DNA of 63,928 nt, the filler included, from Octopus bimaculoides (lineage: Eukaryota), in the NCBI RefSeq assembly GCF_001194135.2. It is 5 parts of 5 records of this genome, joined end to end, with 100 filler letters (N's around TTAATTAATTAA, not from the genome) between each part and the next. Parts side by side here need not be neighbours in the genome. Positions count along the whole stretch, not along the records: positions 37,103 to 59,999 come from NC_068986.1; positions 60,100 to 62,702 come from NC_069008.1; positions 62,803 to 63,928 come from NC_068985.1; 2 more parts are not named here. One strand, 5' to 3'. The notes below the pieces were generated by a model. It was not told where the DNA came from, did not search any database, and saw nothing but the letters and a program-made list of their open reading frames with translations. Shown one piece after another: positions 53,051 to 63,883 of this stretch (positions are counted from its first letter, which is position 1; the number at the start of each line of letters is the position of its first letter). A program made the position numbers and the translations under genes.

Positions 53051-53340
53051 AGGATTTCTAAGATAATAATCAGTTATGTAATTTATGTATAACTATGGTC
53101 CAATATTAAATATAGACTTGAACGAAAACATTTTGAGGTGAAAAAAAGGCAAAAATCCATTATTTTACAGTCAGTCTCCATATGATTCTGATCTTTTTAT
53201 TTACTATTAAGAAAAAAAAATGACCATTTTCTTGTATTTAATTTTTCCCATCAATATGATTTTTTTTCATGAAACATTCCTTCAGTATCCAATCATTTTT
53301 TTAACCCTTTATGTTACATCTTTCACATTATGTGGAATTA

Positions 53341-53346
53341 AATAAA
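53341..53346 (+). terminator. Candidate polyadenylation signal for RNF34
   Basis: AATAAA about 290 nt after the stop. The region is AT-rich and other candidates exist near 55170-55200, so this is weak. Confidence 0.25.
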
Positions 53347-53399
53347 TGTTAAGCACTTACTTTAAGAGAGGAAAGTAAGTATTATTTCATCTTCATTTT

Positions 53400-54540
53400 A
53401 AAATCTATTTTTCCCATGCTGGCATGGGTTGGATGGATCTGCAATACAACATCTTTTTCTGGGTCTCGATATTATGTCATCTCATCTGTGAGGCTCAACA
53501 TTCTCAGGTTTGATCTAACTACTTCTTCCCAAGTCTTCCTTGGTCTACCTCTACTGCGGGTATTTTCCACCATCAACTCAGTCCATTTTCATCCTGCATG
53601 CATTATCCGTCAACATTAAATGTCCATACCAGCATAGTTCTCTCTTTTTTCTGCCCACATCGACCAATGCCTTTGATGCCCAGTTGCTTTCTCAACCCAC
53701 TCATGTCCAACATTTTATGTCAATAACTATTGCACATCAAGCAGGTCATACTCAATTCCTTCCTTAACCAATTGCTGCAGATCCTCTGCATTCACTGCCA
53801 TACAAGCATACCATTTCTGACACATGCTTTATAGAGTCTGCCTTTCATAGGCAGAGAAATATTTTATTTCCATCAGAGGCGGCAGTTTTCTAAGCTTTTT
53901 TCAGACCCCTTTATTTTTCCCCCTTGAATCATACTGTCTCCAGATCCATTTGAAACATTGGTAACACTTAGTTAACAGACCTTACAATCCTCTTCGACTA
54001 AGTCTGCCCCTGTCCTTATCTTCCATCACTGGTCATACTGTTAGCATCTGAAGCGCTTAAATTTTTACTTCCCTGCCAATCTATCTGCTAGAGATGACAC
54101 ATCTTTTTGTTTATGCATTAATTGCATGCAAAGAAAACAAACAAACAAAAAAAAAAAGAACACCATTTCTTAGATGATATTGGGCTTTGTTGGCTCCTGT
54201 TACTAAATGTTACCTTAGTCTTGGCCATATTCACCTTCAAGCCTTTTAGCTCAGACCCACTCTTCCAGGTTATGAATTTCTGCAGTTCTTCAACAGATGT
54301 TCCAAGAGCATCTAATATCTGATCACCTCAGCTTTTAGGTTGAAGAGACGAGGTCTGAGGACAGAGGGAGAGGACTAAGAAAGACACTTACCTGTACACT
54401 AAATTCTTCATTGAGCTCACTGCTGATCCTGACCCTACTTTAAGCACCCTCATTCTTGGCTTAAACACACCTCATAGGCCAACCGTTTATACCTAAGCTT
54501 TCTCATTGCCCAACAGACTACAAATCACACACATATGCAT
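53400..54540 (-). mobile_element. RTE-clade LINE 3' remnant with family D-like tail
   Basis: Minus-strand fragments RKLGINGWP...EEFSVQV, MKGRLY and LCWYGHLM; ends in the ccaacccatgccagcatgg tail. Confidence 0.7.
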
Positions 54541-54834
54541 GTAATATCAGATTCTGTTCAATTTGAGATTTCATTTTAGGAAATCATGGCATTGAAAAGA
54601 AAATAATTATTTTGAGGGCCAGCATATATATATATATATATATATATGCATGTATGTGTAATGTGTTTATGTGTGTATGTACGTAATCTGTATATGTATG
54701 TTTATATGTAATCATTAATGTATGTGTATATATATATGTGTGTGTGTGTGTGTATGTATATATATGCATGTGTGTGTTTATTTGTATATATCTTATATAT
54801 ACACATATTCATAAATCTCTATATAATGTGTGTG

Positions 54835-54866
<32 letters not shown>

Positions 54867-55764
54867 TATGTATGTGTGTGTGTATATATGTGTATATATG
54901 CACACAGACACACACATATATATATATGTATATGTAAGAACACTTGTTGCACAATCAGAAAATCACTTATATATTTATTGATAATTGTCTATTTATTTAT
55001 AGCAATATTATTTGTTTAATATTTTTTTTAAATCATGTGGTTACATCATAAAATTCTAACATTATATCTGATTTATTTACATTCTAATTTCCTTTAAAAC
55101 ACTGAGAAAAATATTATTAAAAATATTTTATACAGTTTTGTTAACTATCATTTAATCAGTCTCTTTTAATAATAATAAAAAAAAATGTTTTTGTAATAAA
55201 AGTATTAAAACCAATAATACTTGATTCATGTATTTTGAATTGCATACATAGAAAAAAATCATAAGTGAAAATGCTAGGAACATGGCTTTATGTAAGTTCT
55301 TGTATTATTTGATATCTTTTTTGTCTGTGATGGTTCAGGTTTTTCAGATATACTGTACAAGATTTATTCTAGTTGTCATTTAATTTCGGAGTCTGAGATG
55401 TAAGCTTCATAAATTTCATCAGACTGTTTCACTCTATAATTATCTTTGATCTGTCTCTGCTGCAGATACATTTCACTTTAGTTATATATCATTTTCTTCA
55501 TCTAGCTCACATCATACATTTTTGTTACAGTACTGTCATACCTCCTAGTGGTTTGGTGATCATCAGTTTGACTCCTGGACTAAGAGGTGTGTTATGTACT
55601 TGAGCAAAACACTTAATTTCATATTGCTTCTGCTCACTCAGCTGAAAATATGTCCTAGTGACAACTGGGTGGCAGGGAAGGCTAAATGTATGACAAAGTT
55701 GTATCATTTCAGTGGGGAGGGCTTGTACTCTCAGTTGTTTAGTTGTTTACATACCATGGAAACC

Positions 55765-56152
55765 GTGGAGTCACATTGGCCCAGTGGTTAGGGCAGCGGA
55801 CTCGCGGTCATAGGATCGCGGTTTCGATTCCCAGACCGGGCGTTGTGAGTGTTTATTGAGCGAAAACACTTAAAGCTCCACGAGGCTCTGGCAGGGGATG
55901 GTGGCGAACCCTGCTGTACTCTTTCACCACAACTTTCTCTCACCACAACTTTCTCTCACTCTTACTTCCTGTTTCTGTTGTGCCTGTAATTCAAAGGGTC
56001 AGCCTTGTCACGCTGAATATCCCCGAGAACTACGTTAAGGGTACACGTGCCTGTGGAGTGCTCAGCCACTTGCACGTTAATTTCACGAGCAGGCCGTTCC
56101 TTTGATCGGATCAACTGGAATCCTCGATGTCGTAAGCGACGGAGTGCCAACA
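55765..56152 (+). mobile_element. Young tRNA-derived SINE with perfect 12-bp TSD, nested in an older SINE
   Basis: Box A TGGCCCAGTGG, box B-like GGTTTCGATTCC, CpG-rich, TSD ACCATGGAAACC at 55753-55764 and 56153-56164. The host element runs from about 55520 to 56200. Confidence 0.9.
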
Positions 56153-56522
56153 ACCATGGAAACCAGGCCTATTGAGCCTACAAGCAGGAAGCAACCATTA
56201 ACTTTTAACTTGCCTCTTATGCCAGCATATTTTCTTAACTTATCTTCTGCACTCACCATTTCTTGTAAGTTTACACTACATACCTAATTGACTAAACTCA
56301 ATGTTACAGATCTTCTGCAGCCAAAGCCTATACTTCCTTATTCAATATTGCACTTTCTACACACTTTAGTTAATATCATTCATAGGAAGAAAGTAAAAAC
56401 TATTTGTTGCTTGATTAGCTTTATTATGTTGTAGCAACAAATTAATCATTAAATGATAATAATACTACTATGTAAACTACAACCTTATTTTAGAAATGTT
56501 ACCTAAACCAGATAACTTATGC

Positions 56523-57125
56523 TAAACCCTTTAGCTTTCAGCTTTCTTTTTCAAATGTGTTGCTTATCTATTCACATTGTTTTGAATTAGTCATACATTA
56601 TCTTGCAGCTTTGAGATTTCAACAGTGCTTACTCTTTTACTTGTTTTAGTCATTTGACTGCGGCCATGCTGGAACACCGCCTTTAGTCGAGCAAATCGAC
56701 CCTAGTACTTATTCTATCCGTCTCTTTTGCCGAACCGCTAAGTTACGGGGACGTAAACACACCAGCATCGGTTGTCAAGCGATGGTAGGGGGACAAACAC
56801 AGACACACACATATATATATATATATACATATATACGATGGACTTCTTTCAGTTTCCATCTACCAAATCCACTCACAAGGCTTTGGTCGGCCCGAGGCTA
56901 TAGTAGAAGACACTTGCCCAAGGTGCCACGCAGTGGGACTGAACCCAGGACCATGTGGTTGGTAAGCAAGCTACTTACCACACAGCCACTCCTGCGCCTA
57001 TGTGCTTGTATATTTTTAGAATGACACTATAGGGTACGTATGAGAAATTGAATCTGGACAGTTTTAACAAACAACAGGTAGAATATTTGGGCTGGATATG
57101 ACCGGATTAAATGCTAAAGGATTAA
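56523..57125. mobile_element. TTAA-ended MITE split by a SINE insertion
   Basis: Left end taaaccctttagc, right end aatgctaaaggattaa; the halves are homologous to 50065-50247. Confidence 0.65.
56630..56998 (-). mobile_element. Young full-length tRNA-derived SINE family A
   Basis: Head ggcgcaggagtggctgtgtggtaag...ggttcagtcccac, intact CpGs, tail gactaaaacaagtaaaagagta. Possible short TSD gtgctt (56625-30 and 57002-07). Confidence 0.9.
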
Positions 57126-57419
57126 GAAGTAAATTTTATTACAAGAAAATAATTATTACATTTGTTGAAGAAGAATATACTATTTTAGTTGTCAATGTCA
57201 TGGAAATTTTATAAAGTTTTAGAAGAATGTGAAATAATTCTGTTTTGAAATAGTGGATCTCATAGCACATAAAGCCATAAAAAAATATCATGTAAATATT
57301 AGGTTGAAAAACTCTTTTGGATAGAAAAAACTCAAAGGCTGCCCATGGGACTCAAACCCACATCTCCAGTAGACATGACAAGCATTCTCCTATTTAAGTT
57401 TCCTGCCTTTAGAGTTAGT

Positions 57420-57650
57420 GCTTGGAACGTCTGGCATTTCTTGAGAGGTTAATAGGCAGCAATTTTTGGCTAGGCACAGCACTCCCCAGATCTCACAATT
57501 TGCAACTTTTTCCTCTAAACAAAATCAAATCCTGCTTGGAAGGAAGCAGATTTTAGGCCGTCGAGGAAATCAAAGTGAATGCAACAAGACAGCTGCTGAT
57601 TATCCCAGAAAACAAGTTCCAGGAATGCTTCCATCAATGCCAGATTGGTA
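57420..57650 (+). mobile_element. Mariner C-terminal remnant
   Basis: HSPDLTICNFFL and ATRQLLIIPENKFQECFHQ; DNA similarity to 17230-17410. Confidence 0.65.
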
Positions 57651-57674
57651 CATGTTGTAGTTTTGTTTTTATAG

Positions 57675-58915
57675 ATCCAGATAGTCTCACACAAGAAACC
57701 ATCCTATCCATAGAGCTGCCATCAGGAACCACTGTAATGACAACGCCTCCATGAAGAGAGCCATATAGGTAATTTTCAAACAAAAGTCCAAGGACCATGG
57801 TGACTGGTGTTCAACGAAAAAGATGGATGGCAAACGTAATCCAAACAAAAACTCCCTGTCAAAATCTGTGCTGGATTAAATGAAGCCTGTGCTTGTAGCC
57901 TTATCTGAGGACAAACTCTTGGATAAGTGCCTGCATGGAGGACCACAAAATAACAATAAATCATTCTACAACATAGTTTGTGAACAGTGTCCTAGATCAA
58001 CAGTTGTTAGGTGATTGCGCCTGAAGTGAGCTGTCAATGATGCCATTATAGTTTTCAATCAAGGAGAAATTGCAAGGATACCTGTGTTTGAAAATTTAGG
58101 CCTCAGCTATTGCCATCATCTGAGAGGGGGTGGGTTGAGGCAAGTTGATGAGCAGAGACTGACAAAAGCATATGTGCCTGGACAATCAAAACAAAACATA
58201 AGTGCTCTCAGACAGCAAAATTTCAGAAAAATAGCAAAGGATATGCCTCTGGACATTATTAGACTGTGCAAAACTGCAAATATTTCACTAAAATGTGGCT
58301 ATTATCCTTGTGTAGTTGGGCATTGTTGTAAAATCAACCATTTCCAGCGTTTTTCTCAAAATGACATTTCTGACTATACGTAGCAATACTCAGGTCACAA
58401 TATTTCCAAAAATAATTGAGGTAATAGGCTTTGTGCATGTGTATTACTTTGATACTTGCCTAGATGCTGTTCTAGTGCAATTAGATACACTCATTTGTTC
58501 ATCTTCCAGAGACACTAGAATGCTACTACCCAGAGGTCAAAAATGCTTGAACTGCTGCGTATAGCTATGAGCAACCCCCACAACAAAATCTAGGCCAACT
58601 TTATCAATATCTTTGATTCAACATCTAGTCTGAACCCCAATCTGTTGGCATTCCAAGTTAGAGCATTTTCTGTGATATTTTGATAGAAAAATTGACCTGA
58701 AATAAGGGTGTTTGCCTTGTCAGTCATCTGGCAGCCATTTTTGAATTTATAATTAGGTCATGAATAGATAATGTGGAAATTTGAATATTATGTTTTTTGA
58801 TAGATTTAACATTCTTGATGTATGCCATATTTGGTTTGCCTGGATTTTATTCCCGCTGATTGAGAGCATCTTCAATTTAGGGGTGTTTTCCTATGTCCAA
58901 GGGGTTAGTCTTGCC
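57675..58915 (+). mobile_element. Mutator-like/Kolobok-type DNA transposon, 3' part (pseudogenised transposase plus candidate right end)
   Basis: AIRNHCNDNASMKRAI...DWC, then LSEDKLLDKCLHGGPQNNNKSFYNIVCEQCPR...AVNDAIIVFNQG...VFENLGL, with stops and a frameshift. Candidate terminus ...GTCTTGCC followed by TTAA (58916-58919). Confidence 0.6.
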
Positions 58916-59784
58916 TTAAGAAGTTGCTTCCTAACTACATGAGTTTCAGGTTGTCCCACTGTGACCTTGTTCAAGTATGCTGTGCTATTTGTACTATGGA
59001 TTTAGTTTATGGAAACTGAAAGGTGATTTGGTAAATGAAACTTGTTTCCCCCCCCCCCCATCACTGACTTTTTTACCTAGAATCTGGTGTCAAAACTTCA
59101 TTTTATTTCCTCAATGTCATTATCTTTGATTTATTAATTATTTAGTGAGAAATAACACTAAAAATGACTTATACATCTCTAAAAGAGGATATTAAATAGC
59201 TCAGGTGTTTTAAAAAGATTCTGACTTGGACATTAAATCAGGAAGACGATTTTCTACCAGTGGAACACAATGTTAGGGGCTTAAAGCTAAATCATGGCTT
59301 ACACTTTATATTCAAGCATTTGATCATCTATCCTTTACATAAATATTTAGAAATATTTCATGAATTTTTAAGCTCTAATACTTTTCCATTACATTTATTC
59401 AGTTGACAGAACAATGATGGGTCCAGTTATTAGTAATTACATTTTCGTATATAATCATTTTCAATGAATTTTACTCTTCTCAGTAGCTTATTGAAAGTTA
59501 ATATTTAGTTGGAATTAAATGAAAAATATCAAGTGAGTTTACTACAAAATAGCTCACATCCATCAGATGTACTTAATGGAAGTCTATTAATTAAAGTAGT
59601 AATAATCAGTATGTGGACGGGTACATTTAGAGGCTTGGTTTATAATTACTGCTTTCAAATTATTATTTATAGCAATGTGTAAATAATTTTTTATAAGTTA
59701 GGGAAGAAAGCATTAGAATCCATGACTTTTTTTTTGTAGGACTTACATGACCATTAAGAATGTGATCACATCCAGTATATATAT

Positions 59785-59999
59785 ATCATCATCATCATCA
59801 TCATCGTTTAACGTCCGCTTTCCATGCTAGCATGGGTTGGATGATTTGACTGAGGACTGGTGAAACCGGATGGCAACACCAGGCTCCAATCTAATTTGGC
59901 AGAGTTTCTACAGCTGGATGCCCTTCCTAACGCCAACCACTCAGAGAGTGTAGTAGGTGCTTTTACGTGTCACCCGCCCAAAAACGGCCACGCTCGAAA
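59785..59999 (-). mobile_element. Young family D SINE-like copy, cut by the gap
   Basis: (CAT)n-cgtttaacgtccgctttccatgctagcatgggttgg...ctggatgcccttcctaacgccaaccac. Confidence 0.85.
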
Positions 60000-60043
60000 N
60001 NNNNNNNNNNNNNNNNNNNNNNNNNNNNNNNNNNNNNNNNNNN

Positions 60044-60055
60044 TTAATTAATTAA
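60044..60055. other. Assembly linker TTAATTAATTAA inside a 100-bp gap
   Basis: 44 N + 12-mer + 44 N. Confidence 0.93.
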
Positions 60056-60234
60056 NNNNNNNNNNNNNNNNNNNNNNNNNNNNNNNNNNNNNNNNNNNNC
60101 AATGGGACTGAACCCAGAAATATGTGGTTGGGAAGCAAGCTTCTTATCACCCAACAACAGACACAAATACACACACACACGCACACACGCACACACACAC
60201 ACACATACACACACACATAATACATATACATATA

Positions 60235-60455
60235 CAGGGGTTGGACAAAATAATGGAAACACTTAGCATCATAGCATCATAATTTTGAAATATCTATAAA
60301 ACCGTCAAAAGCTTCTTTAGTTTCGGTTTTTGAATTATTATTAGTGTAGCTTAATATTTTTTGCTAAAATTGCTGTTTCTTTTCAGATATCATCAGAAAA
60401 AGGTAATTAAAATTCATTAAAATGACAGATCTATCGGACTTTCAAAGAGGTCAAA
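60235..60455 (+). mobile_element. Left end of a Tc1-like transposon
   Basis: TA followed by CAGGGGTTGGACAAAATAATGGAAACAC (Tc1-type TIR) and transposase start MTDLSDFQRGQ (ATG at 60422), then truncated. Confidence 0.8.
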
Positions 60456-60512
60456 GGCGGTGCTCCAGCATGGCCAAACTCAAGTAACTGAAACAAGTAA
60501 AAGAATAAAAGA

Positions 60513-60553
<41 letters not shown>

Positions 60554-60632
60554 TATATATATATGTATACATATATATCTGTGTCTGTGTGCATGCACGT
60601 GAGCATGCCAGTGTAATCACATACATATATAC

Positions 60633-60663
<31 letters not shown>

Positions 60664-60984
60664 TGTATGTATATATGTATCTGTGTGTGCATGTGAATGT
60701 GTGTGTACATATTTATGCATACTCACATGTACATTCATATATTTGTACATACATACGCATTTCCATCTATCCATACAAACCCACTTATCCATCACCACCC
60801 CAACACCACCACCCTCCCCTCCCCTCCCCATCGCCCCCAAACATCAATTATAGGTAAACAACATCTAACAATGTCAAGCACTGTTCAATGTTGTTCACCA
60901 TTGTTTAACAATATTGAACAATAGTGAACAAAAACAGGAAAAAATGCCTGATGTAAAGCATCAAAGAAGTCAATGCAAAAACTA

Positions 60985-62640
60985 AACAAAAATAAGGCTA
61001 CCTATCCGTCCATCTGTCTGGCAGTCTGATTGCTTGAATGCTTGGTTGTGTCTGTTCTTGGTTGCTTGGTTGCCTGGCTTCATTGCTTTCTGGTTGCCTG
61101 CTTGCTTGACAGCCTGTCTGCCTGGTTGCATAACCACCTAGCTGTCTAACTGCCTGGCTGCCTAGCACTCTGGCTTGTCTGGCTGCCTGGTTGCTTGACA
61201 ACATAGCAGTCCATCACCTTGGCTGCTTGGCTGCCTGGTTGCTTGAATACCTGGTTGTGTCTCTTCTTGGTTGCCTGGTTGTCTGGCTGCATTGTTGTCT
61301 GGTTGCCTGATTGTCTTGCTCTCTGCTTGTCTGTATAGCTGTTTCACATCCTGATTGGTTGCCTAGTTGTCTGTTTGGTTGCTTGGTTGTCTCTCTTGTT
61401 GTCTGCTCGCTTGAGAGCCTGCCTAACTGCCTGGTTGCTTAGCCACCTAGCTGTCTAGCTGCCTGACAGCCTTGCTGACCATCTGCATGGCTATCTGGTT
61501 GGTTGAATGCCTTGTTATGTCTCCTCTTGATTGCTTGGTTGCTTGGCTGCATTGCAGTCTAACTGTCTTACTCTCTCTCTCTCTCTCTCTCTATCTCTAT
61601 CTGTCTTGTTGCCTCACTGCTTGGTTTTGGTTGCCTGCTTGCTTGACAGCAAACTCTCCATCTGCCCGGCTGCCTGGTTGCCAGGCTACCTGGATGCCCG
61701 GTTGCCTGTTTATCTGGTTGCCTTACTGCCAAGCTGCCTGTCTCCTTGATGGTCTGTTTGGCTGTTTATCTGCCTGGCTATCTGGCTGCATGATTCCCTG
61801 GCTGTCCCTCTCATTCTTTGGCTGCCTGGTTGCCAGAATACCTGTCTGCTTGGCTTCCTCCCTGTTTGTCTGCCTCCTTGGCTGCTTGACTGCCTGAGTG
61901 CTTGACTGTCCAGATGCCTGGCTGTTTGTTTATTTTGCTGCCTAGCTGCTTAAGCACTTAGCTGTCAAACCGTTTGACTGTCCATCAGCTTGGTTGCTTC
62001 ATTCCCTGGGTGCATGGTTGCCTGGCTATTTTTTGTCTAGCCACAAAGCTATCAACCTTCATGCCAGCCTGATTGCTTGGTTGTCTGTCTACATAGTAGT
62101 CTGATTGACTGACTGACTGTCTGCAAAGCTAGCTGGTTGCCTGGTTCATTTTTTTGCCTGCCTGGCTGTCTGGCTACCTGAGTGCTTGGCTGTCTGGATG
62201 CTGGTCTACCAGTTTATTTTGCTGCCTGGCTGTTTGTTTGGTTACCTATTGCACTATCCATCTGCCTCTCTGACTACTTAAACTGTCTGTCTGTCAGGCA
62301 GCCAAGTTGCCTGGCTGCCCTTCTTTCATGTCACTTGACTTCCTGATTGCCTGGCCACCTGGCTGTGTGCTAAGCTGTCTAGATGCCTGTCCTTCTGATC
62401 AGTTGCCTAGCTGCCTGTCTATTTGGCAGCTTGACTGCCTGAGTGTCTGGTTGCCTGTCTACCTGGCTGCCAGGTTGCCCAACTGCCCATCTGCCTAGCT
62501 GTGCTACTGCCCAACCGACAGCCTGGCTGCCTGGCTACCTGACTGCTTGTTTGTCTGGATGTCTGTCTGTTTGTTTGCTTACCTGGCTGCTTGGCTGTCT
62601 GCCTGTCTATCTTCCTCACCCCATTCCCGCCAACCCACCA
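60985..62640. repeat. About 1.65-kb degenerate (TGCC/TGGC/TTGC/TGTC)n low-complexity satellite
   Basis: 4-nt periodicity, strong strand bias, almost no CpG. Confidence 0.9.
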
Positions 62641-62746
62641 ATCTTCCCTCCTTCCCTCTTTCCCCTCCTTTCGTCTTTCCCCCTCCTTCTTGCCTTCCCA
62701 CCNNNNNNNNNNNNNNNNNNNNNNNNNNNNNNNNNNNNNNNNNNNN

Positions 62747-62758
62747 TTAATTAATTAA
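62747..62758. other. Assembly linker TTAATTAATTAA inside a 100-bp gap
   Basis: 44 N + 12-mer + 44 N. Confidence 0.93.
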
Positions 62759-62802
62759 NNNNNNNNNNNNNNNNNNNNNNNNNNNNNNNNNNNNNNNNNN
62801 NN

Positions 62803-62874
<72 letters not shown>

Positions 62875-63415
62875 GAATGTATATATCTACCAACAATAAA
62901 TAACAAATGAATTTATATAAAATACTTATTATATAAAGACAGAAAAATATTATTAAAAATATCAAAATAATAAACATTCCATGATCAACCCTACGTCCAT
63001 TATAATATAAGCTAACAGGTATATTATATGCTAAAACCAACTTAACAATTTTTTCCCCGTTTAAAATACAATTTGAACGAAGTTTTAGGTTAAAATAATA
63101 AAGATAGAATTAGCACATATTTAAACGATGCAATAGTTTAAGCTAGATTATTTTAGACTAAAATGCACCTTATATATTCACTTTAAATACCTTATGCACA
63201 CTTTTATAGACTTGATACACAGCTCTCATAAAATAAATATTCACTCTTATTTTTCCATATTTCCCTATAAGCAAAAAAAGCAAAATCTCGTACATATGAT
63301 ACAAACTTTAATTAAATTGCATTTATTTGCAACGTAAATAAGCGTGAATATTTCATGGAATTGCACTTACGTGCATCCGTTAAGTTATAGGTGACATTAA
63401 AAAATTAGTTCAACT

Positions 63416-63826
63416 TTAAAAGAATACACTTTTCACTATCCCAAAACCACCGCCACCTCTATAACCGCCACCACCACCACCTTTGGCATAGGAAGCAGGA
63501 ATAATTTTTTGGCCCTCACATAATTTGTCAATGTAATTATCTCTCAAGGCGTTTCTCCTATTCTCAGATACGTTTTCATCGGAGCTAATTTGATTGTTCT
63601 TGTCAGCCAAATCATTGATTTGCAAGCTGCTTTGCTCGGCGTTTCTTATAACCACCTCTCAGCTATGGTTGTTTTAAAACCACGTGCGAGTAATCTTTCT
63701 GATTAATTGCAGCGTTTTCAGGTGTGCGTCGGTACACCTCTTGGCTATGAGATAGCTGTGCACAATGTCTCTAATAATATGAACTGTGAATACCAAGAAT
63801 ATAAAAGTAGTTCTCAGGCTCGACAT
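63416..63826 (-). pseudogene. Candidate disrupted secreted Gly-rich prepropeptide frame (137 codons, two internal stops)
   Basis: ATG at 63826 gives a hydrophobic N-terminus. The same frame continues past TAA (63676-74) and TGA (63661-59) into the 63416-63655 ORF ending AKGGGGGGYRGGGGFG. No recognised homologue. Confidence 0.25.
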
Positions 63827-63883
63827 CTAGAACGCTTTAATTCGATCCATCGATCCATTGATTAACATCCTTGTTAAAGACAT

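Noticed and set aside
54385-54520. Strong minus-strand donor CAG/GTAAGT at about 54392 suggesting a second gene
   Set aside because: It falls inside the RTE RT remnant (EEFSVQV...), so it is explained by the transposon sequence.
60998-62754. CLxAWLPG- and QAARQ-rich ORFs up to 141 aa
   Set aside because: Products of the degenerate tetranucleotide satellite, open on both strands.
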